A DNA stretch of 64,000 nucleotides from the human T2T-CHM13v2.0 reference genome, Homo sapiens, in the NCBI RefSeq assembly GCF_009914755.1, contig NC_060943.1; one strand, written 5' to 3'. The notes under the pieces are model-generated. The model saw only the letters and a list, made by a program, of their open reading frames with translations. It searched no databases and was not told the DNA's origin. Below, piece by piece: positions 46,500 through 64,000 of this stretch. How positions within the stretch are numbered: position 1 is the stretch's first letter; each line of letters opens with the position of its first letter. The position numbers were made by a program, and so were the translations under genes.

Positions 46500-46780
46500 A
46501 CGCTGGGAGCTTCGACTCCTGGGTTTCAGTGAGGAGGAGGCTGGTTCCTGGAGTGCTGGGTCCGAGGGAGGAGGAGGCTGGAGGACAGAGGTCCTGGAGT
46601 CTTGGGTCTGAGGGAGGAAGGGCCTGGGGGGCTGGGAGCCTGGATTCCTGGGTCTGAAGGAGGAAGAAACTGGGGGCTGAACTCCAGTCTAAGGGAAGAA
46701 GGGCTGGGGGCCAAAATTTCTGGGTTCTAGAAAGAGGAGGTGGCCGGGGCTTGGACACCTGGGCCCTGCGGGAGGAGGGT
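46500..46780 (+). repeat. Degenerate MSR1-type repeats in PRKCG intron 1
   Basis: GGGTCCGAGGGAGGAGGAGGCTGG and GGGTCTGAGGGAGGAAGGGCCTGG-like units. Confidence 0.75.
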
Positions 46781-46867
46781 CAGAGAGCGCAGGCCCCCTG
46801 TGGCTCGCAGAGGTTGGGGGTCCAGGTACCCCTTTCTGCACTGACCTAGGATCCCTGACTCTTCCAG

Positions 46868-46899
46868 GGGTATCGGAAAGCAGGGCCTGCAATGTCAAG
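46868..46899 (+). CDS. PRKCG: PKC-gamma exon 2 (32 nt)
   Basis: TTCCAG| GIGKQGLQCQ |GTAAGA. Confidence 0.97.
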
Positions 46900-47852
46900 G
46901 TAAGAGCTGGGGACCGGGGCTCCTGGGACCCTCAGGAGGGTGGAGGCTGGGGCCCCACAGCTGAGGCTGCTTGACACACGTGTTCTCTGGTCCCCAGAGA
47001 GGCGCGGGGGAGCCCGGGGCGGGGGGTGTGGCAGAGACACAGCCTGTGGTGGGGAGGGAGCTTTGATGGTGGGGCCACCGCGGAGGTGGTGCTGGGGGCC
47101 CCTCCCTCGGCCGGCTCCAGGTGGGGACAGATATTTGGAGAATCTGTTGCCATGGGAACATGGAGATTTGGAAAAGGGGAGCTGAAGGGGGGAAGGGGGA
47201 GGGGGCTGGAGATGCAAAGTCAGAGCCCCCCCCCACCCCAGGCTGCCGTCGCCATGACAACACCAGCCGTCCTAGGCAGGGGCAGGCCGGGTGGGGTCAC
47301 CAATGGGCGAGTGGGGGCCGGGCGGGGCCGGCAGTTCTGGGGGGCGGGAGAGGGGGGCGAGTCCTTGAGCACCAGCTGCTACTGCTGAGAACAGAGTGAG
47401 TCAGGGTGGGGGGCGGGCCGGCAGCAGCGCCCCCAGACTCACTTCTGCCCAAGTTGCTGCTTCCTGGGCTGCGTCTGAAGATATTTCGGTTTTCGCTCTT
47501 TGAATCTGTCTGCCTCTCTCCTGGCTTTCTGATCTCCGTCCGTGGGCCTGTGTCTGTTTGTCAATGGGATCCTATTTTCTTTCTCTCTTTTTCCATCTCC
47601 CTTCCCTGAGCTCTGTGCTCTGTGTCTCTCTGTAAGTCTCTGCGTCTCTGTTTCTGACTCTGAGCCCATCTCTTGGGTTTCTGTCTCCTGCTTCTCTCTC
47701 TGGCCTCCGATTTTCTCTCTGTTGGACTCTCTGTGTTGAGATCCCTCTCTTTCTGGTTTTCTCTGTGTCCGAGTTCCGCTCTCTCTTTCCAATTTTCTGT
47801 CTGCTGGGGTCTCCCGCTGGACTAATCCATGCCTCCGTCTGTGTCTCTATGA

Positions 47853-48131
<279 letters not shown>

Positions 48132-48764
48132 TGACAGGCTGGGGACACGGGTGGGGCACAGAGAGGAGGCCGGGGTGAGGAGACTGAAGATGGGTGCTGC
48201 CGGGGGTGGGCTGTGATCCAGGGGTGAAGGGATTTAAAAATTGAGAGCTGAGGGGCACACGGAGAAAAATATCAGTGCAGGTGCGGAGATGCCAACATAA
48301 GACAGAGGGAATCTCAGGGAGAGGAACAGAGACAGAAGAAGACAGAGACCTAGGAGAGACTGAAGCTGAGGCAGAGAGAGAGAGAGATGGAGCAGAGAAA
48401 GAACCAGGGAGAAAGAGAGGAATTTGGAGGCACCAAAAGATGGACAGAGAAACTCCAAGAGACGGAGACACAGACACCTGGAGAAAGAGACTAAAATAGA
48501 AAATGGTGGATACAGACAACAGCTTAGGAGATGCTGAGAGGAGACCCAGGGAAGTCCCACAGTACACTTGCACACATGTGCGTGCATGTACAGATGCCCC
48601 TGTCATCACAGATGTGCAGCACGCAGAGACACACAGCCTCTCCCCACCCCCTCTCTCTCCATCAGAGGCTCACAAGACCAGTCAACCCTGAGTGCCCATT
48701 CCCGTTCCCTTTTCTGCTTTATCTCTGAGCCTCAGTTTCCTCCTCTATAAAATGGGGCTGATGA

Positions 48765-49295
<531 letters not shown>

Positions 49296-49520
49296 TCTGG
49301 ACACTTCCAGGCTTGTTTTGAAGTCAGGTGGGTTCAGAGTTTCGCCCAGGGTTTGACACAAGATCGGAGACAGTTTTATGATGTACAGATGGAGAGAGAG
49401 GCAGAGAGAGAGAGATCCACAGAAGTCCATGAGGCGTTTTACCACCCTCTCAGCTGAAAATAACAGAAGTCTACATAGAAGATGTGACTTCATAGAACAT
49501 ATATTGAGCACCACTGTCTA

Positions 49521-50035
<515 letters not shown>

Positions 50036-51095
50036 TGACCTCACGTGATCCACCCACCTCGGCCTCCCAAAGTGCTGGGATTACAGGCGTGAGCCACCGC
50101 ACCCAGCCGATTTTTGGGGTTTTTTGAGACAGGGTCCCACTCTGTCACCTAGACTGGAGTACAGTGATGGGATCATAGCTCACTGCAGCCTTGAATTCTC
50201 CAGGCTCAAGTGCTCCTCCTGCCCCAGCTTCTCAAGTAGCTGGGACTATAGGCACAAGCCACAACACCTAGCTAATTAAAAAAAAATGTTTTTGTAGAGA
50301 TGGAGTCTCACTCACTATATTGCCCAGGCTGGTCTTCAACTCCTGGTCTCACTCGATTCTCCTGCCTCAGCCTCCCAAAATGATGGGATTACAGGCGTGA
50401 GCCACTGCACCTGGCCTCAAGTATTTTGTATACAGTATAGGTTGGATCCACACAACAGCTTATTTGGTTATTTTTCCCTGTCTATCTGGTTTGAATCCCA
50501 GCTCCACCACTTTTTGGTTCTGTGACATTTCCTGAGTTAATTTACCTCTCTGCACTTGTTGAATTCCTTGTTTGTAAAGTGGAGATGATAATTATGCTCA
50601 CTATGGATTGTTTTGAAGATTTAGTGAGTCAGACATTTGGGATGGTTTCTGACACATAGCAAGAGCCAAAATATTATTTTTTATTCTTGTTAAAATTATT
50701 ATTATGACCAATGAGGAAACGAGTGAATAGTGAGAAGGAGATCTTTCCTCTGCATCACTCGGGGGTTTTTTTGTTTTTGTTTTTTTTTGCTGTTGAGACA
50801 GGGTCTCACTCTGTTGCCCAGGCTGGAGTGCAATAGTGCTATCACTGCTCACTGCAGTCTTGACCTCCGGGGCTCAAGTGATTCACTGCTGGCAGTTGAT
50901 CTTCTTAAAAGTAACATGCAGGCCAGGCACAGTGGCTCACGCCTGTAATCCCAACACTTTGGGAGACCGAGGCGGGTGGATCACCTGAGGTTGGGAGTTC
51001 GAGACCAGCCTGACCAACATGGAGAAGCCACGTGTCTACTAAGAATACAAAATTAGCTGGGCGTGGTGGCACACGCCTGTAATCCCAGCTACTCA

Positions 51096-51200
<105 letters not shown>

Positions 51201-51201
51201 T

Positions 51202-51242
<41 letters not shown>

Positions 51243-51347
51243 TAACATGCCTTGACCAGGCATGGTGGCTCATGCCTGTAATCCCAGCTCTTTGGGAGGC
51301 TGAGGCAAGCGGATCACGAGGTCAGGAGATCCAAACCATCCTGGCTA

Positions 51348-51591
<244 letters not shown>

Positions 51592-52477
51592 TTAGTCCCC
51601 AGGGAGGGCACATGCCCCCACTTTTCAAGCGGTAAATCTGAGGCTTTGAAAAGGGGCAGGCGTGGTGAGGCCACCTAGCTGGGTAGGGGATAGAGGCAAG
51701 ATTTGAACTCTGATGTATGTAACCACAGCCTCCGTGCTGTCTCCTTTTTAACAGCGACGTTCACTTTTGAGAATAAGAACAGCAGCCTCTGTCTGTGGAT
51801 GGTTTGTGTGTCAGGCAGCCTGCTGAGAACCTTCACACACAGCATCTTATTTAGTGCGGCAGGAACCCTTTGAGTTAGGGTCAGCGGAGATATTTAGAAG
51901 CCCAGCACATTGAAAAGGATCCTGGAAACTGCCAACACCCTCCTCTACCCAAATATATATTCAAACTAGAAACCCCACTAACATAGATGAAAATCCAAGA
52001 ATGGCCTAAATGTTCACCCTGTGATAATCCTTTTAATGGATTCTTAGAATCAAGTTATTTAACAAGCAGATATTGTCCCGGGGGTAGTGGGTGGCAGGGG
52101 AGAAGGAGAAGCTTCACTGATGACCTGCATTCTTGCTTAATGGACTCTGGAAATTTAGCATTGCTTCAAAATATAGATTATTTATTTCCACTTGACAGAG
52201 GAGGATGCTGAGGCTCAAAACTGGGAATGAACTTGCCCCAAATCACACAGCTGAGAAGCGGCCTAGCTCTTACTTACATTCAGGGCTATGTAGGGACTTC
52301 AATAAAATCCCTAACAATAACCACAGTAATAGTATTGGGAGCATCTAACGTGGTAGGCACAGCTATGTTTTGTACACCAATTATTTTATTTAGGCCTCCT
52401 GGGTTCCTATTATAACTGAGAGGTCATGTTCTCCATTCCACCTGGAGCTCAGAGAAGGCATACCATATGGACACTGA

Positions 52478-52939
<462 letters not shown>

Positions 52940-53321
52940 TGAGCCACCGCACCCAGCCAGGACCACCGTATTTAAAATTTCAATCCCCCAACTTCTGGTG
53001 GTCCCCATCCCTGCCTCATTTTTTCTCCAGAGCACCCATTACCAACCATCAAACTATATGTTTTATTTATTTACCATGTTTACATTCTGTATCCCTCCAT
53101 TAGGAAGTAAACTCCATGTGACAAAGAGGTTTTTTTTTTTCATTTGTTTAATGCTGGGTCCCCACACCAAGAACAGTCCCTGGCACACAGCAGGTGCTCA
53201 ATGATTATTGGTACATAGAGTGAAAGAGATGGAGCCTCAGGCTGACCTAGAGAGCAAGGCAGGAGGAAAAGATAAAAGGGCCCCTCCCCTGGGGTTTTAG
53301 GACCCTCCCAACGCCCCCTAA

Positions 53322-53766
<445 letters not shown>

Positions 53767-53780
53767 TGAGGCGGGGCTGA

Positions 53781-54580
<800 letters not shown>

Positions 54581-55347
54581 TGAGTAGCTGGGACTACAGG
54601 TGCATGACACTGCACCCAGCTCATTTTTGTATTTTTAGTAGAGACAGGGTTTCACCATGCTAGCCAGGCTGGTCTGGAACTCCTGACCTCAGGTGATCCG
54701 CCCGCCTCCGCCTCCCAAAGTGCTGGGATTACAGGGGTGAGGACCGTGCCCGGCAATGGCTTTCTGGGTATAAGGATCTTGAGAAGGGAGAGTACCTGGT
54801 TCTGAGGGAGGCTGTGGTTCAGTACTGGTGACATGGCCAGGGTCCAAACTCTGGTTCCTAATGGAGAGAAGGGCTCTGGATCTGATTTCAGGGTCACTGG
54901 TTGCGGAAAGGGCTCTATGCCCTGTCTTCTGGGTTCTGGAGAGGTAAGAAGTCATGAGAAACGAGACTGAGAGCTTGGAATTCTTTTTTTTTTTTTTTTG
55001 AGACGGAGTCTCGCTGTGACGCCCAGGCTGGAGTGCAGTGGCGTAATCTCGGCTCACTGCAAGCTCCGACTCCTGGGTTCACGTCATTCTCCCGCCTCAG
55101 CCTCCTGAGTAGCTGGGACCACAGACACCTGCCACCACGCCCAGCTAATTTTTTTTTTTTTTTGTATTTTTAGTGGAGACGGGGTTTCACCATTCACAGG
55201 ATGGTCTCGATCTCCTGACCTTGTGATCCGCCCGCCTTGGCCTCCCAAAGTGCTGGGATTACAGGCATGAGCCGCCGTGCCTGGCCAAGCTTGGAACTCT
55301 TGATTGCTGACTGGAGGAGGGCTGGGAGCCCCTTCCTGGATCTCTAA

Positions 55348-55536
<189 letters not shown>

Positions 55537-56051
55537 TGAGTCTGGGGTGCAGGGAAGGCAATGACAGCTGACAGAGAATGATCTGAGGGTCCTAGTGGCC
55601 CCCAGAGAGCAGCTGATGGGAGGGGTTAGGATAGAGGGAACCCAGAAAAGGGCAGAAGAAGATGGTGGGAAAAGGGAATAGAGTGATTGAGGGAGTGGGA
55701 TGGAGATACAGAAACGGAGAGACAGCCAGACCACTGTATAATTAGTCTCCATTGAAGCCCCCAACTTTAGAGTTAGACAGAGATGAGAGAGAGAAGAGAG
55801 AGTCTCAGAAGAGGCAGAAACCCAAAGAGAGACACAGATGGAGAGGGAGGGGAGAAGATGGGGGATGGCAGGGAGACAGAGATCAGTTGACAGGAAGACA
55901 GAGTGATAGAGACCCAGAGAGGAGAGAAGGGTACAGAGACTCAGAGAGAGAGATCTCGAGAGACAAGAGACAGAGATGGGAAGGGGCGGAGAATGCAGGA
56001 GGAAGGGAGAGGAAGAGCTCTCTAGGTTTACTTCAGGCCCCAAAGCCCTAG

Positions 56052-56921
<870 letters not shown>

Positions 56922-57066
56922 TAGGGGACTCGAGCCCCAGGGTCTGATGGGAATTATAGTTCCTATCTATCGCCATGGCTTGAGGGTACTAGGGGCCACC
57001 AGCCCCTGTTCTAGGGCGATCCCCTGCATCTCTTGGGACCCTGACTCTCTCTTTCTTTTCTCCCAG

Positions 57067-57096
57067 GCTTGTAACTACCCCCTGGAATTGTATGAG
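57067..57096 (+). CDS. PRKCG: PKC-gamma exon 9 (30 nt, hinge)
   Basis: TCCCAG| ACNYPLELYE |GTGAGT; long pyrimidine tract; phase 0-0. Confidence 0.95.
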
Positions 57097-57451
57097 GTGA
57101 GTAGAACCAGGGCGTTGAATGGAGGCAGTTTTTGCCTACTTCTCTGATTTCTTATTCCTCCTCTGACTTCTGTCTTCAATTCCCCACACATGAGTTGAGC
57201 ACACATTTGTGCTAGGCCTGTCTTGTGCTTGCTGAATAATCCAGGATCCAGAGATGAATCTGACCCTCAAGCAACTCTCCAAGGTAGGGACACAGTCACA
57301 GATACTTAAAATACAGGAAGATGTGCTAAATTAGAGGTAGCCCAGGGCACTGAAGAGGCCTAACGGAGGCACTAATCCAGCCTGGGGGAGGGTGGTCAGG
57401 GAGGACTTCCCTGAGGAGGTGACGCCTGAATTGATTCTTGAGGTTTTTTAA

Positions 57452-57602
<151 letters not shown>

Positions 57603-57770
57603 TGACCGCCACCACACCCAGCTAATTTTTTTTTTATTTTTAGTAGAGATGGGATTTCGCCATGTTGGCCAGGCTGATCTCAAACTCCCAAACTCAGGTG
57701 ATCCGCCTGCCTTGGCCTCCCAAAGTGCTGGGATTACAGGCATGAGCCACTGCGCCCGACCGATTCTTGA

Positions 57771-57950
<180 letters not shown>

Positions 57951-58078
57951 TAGTAGAGATGGGGTTTCACCGTGTTAGCCAGGATGGTCTCGATCTCCTG
58001 ACCTGGTGATCCACCCGCCTCAGCCTCCCAAAGTGCTGGGATTACAGGCGTGAGCCACCACACCCAGCCGATTCTTGA

Positions 58079-58292
<214 letters not shown>

Positions 58293-58973
58293 TAGTTGGG
58301 ATTACAGGAGCGCACCACCACACCTGGCTAATTTTTGTATTTTTAGTAGAGATGGGGTTTCGACATGTTGGCCAGGCTGGTCTCGAACTCCTGACCTCAA
58401 GTGATCCACCCGCCTTGGCCTCCCAAAGCGCTGAGATTAGAGGCGTGAGCGACCACGCCCAGACGAATACCCATTTTCTAGGGTGTCATAAGCCAGGCCC
58501 TGTTCTGGGAATAGAATCAGGCCATTCCCTGGTGGAGCTCTTCTTCTAGTGGAGGACAAAGTTACAAACCCAGACATTCACAACGAGGAGCAATGCTGCT
58601 GTAATGGAGACAGCCTCAGGCACTGGGGCGTCCCTGGCACAGCCTGAGTCAGAGAAAGCTTCCTAGAGAGGTGAGACCTGGTAGAAGGGCGGGATTTCCC
58701 AAAGGAGAGACCAGATTTTCAGGCAGGAGGAAGTAATGCTCTCTCCCTCATTTACCCTTTCAAAAAATACTTTACAGAGCATCTTTGTGTGCCAGGCGTG
58801 GCTCTACTCACTGGGGATATAGAGAAAGCAGGGAAAGAACAAACAAACAAACAAAAAAGTTCCTTTCCTTATGGGATTTACACCGGGAGGAAGACATTAA
58901 ACAAAATATATAAGCATATGATAGACTGGGCACGATGCCTCATGTCTGTGATCCTAGTAAGGCGGGCGGATCA

Positions 58974-59234
<261 letters not shown>

Positions 59235-60038
59235 TCAACAACAGCAACAACATGTTATAGTCTTTACTGGACTCTTACAGAAACTTTCACCAGAGTTTTT
59301 AATGTTGTGTGTGGGGGTTCACCTGCATCAGAATTCCTAGAGTGCTTGCTTTTAAAAGCACATTCCCCAGCCTTTCTGCAGACCTACTCAGTGACGATCT
59401 CTCTGATGCCTCAAATGTCTGCCTACTAAATTAATTCCTCAGGTGATCCTTTTGCAAAGTTAAGTTTGAGAATGGGCTCTGCGGCCGGGCGCAGTGGCTC
59501 ACGCCTGTCATCCCAGCACTTTGGGAGGCCAAGGCGGGTGGATCACGAGGTCAGGAGATCGAGACCATCCTGGCTAACACGGTGAATCCCCGTCTCTACT
59601 AAAAATACAAAAAAATTAGCTGGGCGTGGTGGTGGGTGCCTGTAGTCCCAGGTACTCAGGAGGCTGAGGCAGGAGAATGGCATGAACCTGGGAGGTGGAG
59701 CTTGCAATGAGCCGAGATCGTGCCACTGCACTACAGCCTGGGTGACAGAGCGAGACTCTATCTCAGAAAAAAAAAAAAAAGAGAGAATGGGCTCTGCAGG
59801 AGACAAGGGTACCAGCGGGAGGACATTCTGAGCCAAAGAGGTAGAGTCTTTTGAGATCAGCAGGGATGATCCTCCCGTACAAACCCAAGAAACCCAGCAG
59901 GGCAGATGGTGGGCAAAGGCCTAGAGGCAGGGAGTGTAGGGTGGTGTGTGTGCCTGTTGTGGCTCACAGCACTCTCCCACAGTTCAGCAGGCACCACTTA
60001 ATATTACCAATGAACACCAACTCTGTGCCAAGCCTTGA

Positions 60039-60455
<417 letters not shown>

Positions 60456-61630
60456 TAGGCAGTGTTACTGTGTCTTAGCGAACAAAGCAGACCCCTGCCT
60501 TAGGGAGCTCACAGGCAGAAAGCAGATAGTCACACAGATAGATGTAAATTACTAAGAATAAAAGTGCCAGGAAGGTGCTGTCCATGGTGACCAAGGGGTG
60601 GTAAGAGAGGCATCTGACCCAGTTTAAAAAGTCAGGCGAGGCCTCTATGAAGTGATGCTTGAGTCAAGGTCTAAAGGGTGTTTGGGAGACAACTAGGAGG
60701 GAAGGGGAGGGGAGAGCTTTACAGGAAGACCTAACGGCACATCCAGAGGCCCTGAGGTGGGAGGGAGGACAATGAGTGTCAGGCCAGGGTGGCTGGACCA
60801 TGGAGCCTGGGAGAGAGAAGAACAACCTGCAGTGTCAGTCTCAGCCTGGCTCTGCAAGTCATGTGGAATAAAATCTTAACACAGAGGGAGCAGTTAAAGG
60901 GTTTACAAGCATAGGGGAGACATGACCTGGTTTATTTATTTTTAAATTGGCTCCTGTGCCTGCTGAGTAGAGAATGCATTAGAAAGGGCAGCCGTCCATG
61001 TAGAGGGACAAGTGTGGAAGCTGTGACAGCAGCTTAGTCTTGGGCCCCCTCCCTGGGGGGCCGAGGCAGGAAAAGGTAGAGAAGGGACCCTAGCTGAAAG
61101 CCAGGTGTGCTCCCTGGACTGGCAGCACCCATGTCACCCAGAAGCTTTTTACACATAACGATTCTCAGGTCCCACCCCAGATTTATAGAGTTAGAAAATC
61201 TGGCAGTGGGACCCAGCAATCTGTTTTACCAAACCCTCTAGGGAATTCCGGCTTAGAGGCTAAGAGCAACCAGATTCTAGAGCTGGACTGCTTGGGTTTC
61301 ATTTCTGGCTCTGTCCTTTACCTGCTGTGTGACTTGGGGCAAGTTACTTAACGTCTCTGTGCTAGTCTCCTCTTCTGTAAAATGGAAACGATAGCAGGGT
61401 TTTCTGGAAACAGCATATGATAAGCTATCTAAAAAAAAAAAAGAAGAAAAAAAGAGCTAAGTGTTTGTTGAATAATAAATAAACCCTCCAGGCTATGGGG
61501 AGTCAGAGAAAATTAAGCCAAGGACAGGGTAGGAGGGTGGCCATTTTCCTCTGTCTAGCGATTCTCATCCTTTCCTTTCTTGGGTGCTGTGTCTCTTGGG
61601 AGCATTTCCTTATCGCTGTGTAAGGTCTAA

Positions 61631-62029
<399 letters not shown>

Positions 62030-62144
62030 TAAGAGATGGAGGAAGGGCCTGGGATCCCGTTTCCCTGCGTCCCTTAGGGAGGGGGCAGGTCCTGTACCAC
62101 TGGGTTCCCAACATGGACTGGCCCTTTTGGAACTGTGCGCATAG

Positions 62145-63000
<856 letters not shown>

Positions 63001-63283
63001 TTGGTCTTGAGTGGCTGTAGCCAGTGCTCTGGAATTTTCAGCAAAGGGGCACAGTGGAGGAGGGTGCCTTCCTAGTGGGCCTGCCCAGAATTGGGCTCCG
63101 AGTGACGGGGTCATCACTTTTGGATTCTGACTGAAGGACACATCAGAAACAGGACATTATTTCCTTAGGATTGCGACTTAGGGGCAGAGAGTCAGAACCT
63201 GCAAGATTTTAAGAGGGCGTGACTTTACTTCCAGGGGCTCCGAATGAGAGTGGCCAGCCACCTGGATTAAAATATATGTATGA

Positions 63284-63599
<316 letters not shown>

Positions 63600-63824
63600 T
63601 GATTCTTAGTAGGAAGCCAGAATTGCATCTGTGTGTGAGTGGCTGTGGAAAGAGATTTTGGTGTTCCCGGATTTCGAGCGAATGGTGGGCTTCAGTCTTC
63701 AATTCTGAGAAGGCGGGGCCAGAACACGTGGTCTGATAGTTGGCGGTGGTCTGGCGGGTGGAGATTCTGAGGTAGCAGGATTAGCACCTTAGGGCCCTCC
63801 CAGGGATGTGGCTAGGTGCTCTGA

Positions 63825-64000
<176 letters not shown>

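Overview
Human genomic DNA recognisable as the chr19q13.42 MYADM-PRKCG interval; it is not prokaryotic. Positions 1-29,400 are intergenic and very transposon-dense: the 3' end of a HERV-H provirus with an LTR7, a solo HERV-K(HML-2) LTR5 inside an Alu, L1, MaLR, ERVL and DNA-transposon fragments, and most of the ~85 Alu copies or fragments counted by eye across the window. Positions ~29,900-40,150 hold MYADM (+): several non-coding 5' exons, one coding exon (37240-38208, 322 aa) and a 3' UTR with an inverted Alu pair. A reverse LTR13 and a ~2 kb GA-rich tandem array follow. PRKCG (PKC-gamma, +) coding exons 1-12 run from 46200 to the window edge, all with GT-AG junctions and a continuous frame. 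Almost all other ORFs in the track are Alu, minisatellite or GC-bias artefacts. I found no convincing novel protein-coding system. The best leads are regulatory and are hypotheses: alternative PRKCG promoters and splice routes that would remove the autoinhibitory pseudosubstrate, six RFX X-boxes across both genes, an inverted ZNF143-type motif pair in PRKCG intron 8, and several motif-bearing VNTRs. Repeat family names are from memory of consensus sequences, and repeat boundaries are approximate.
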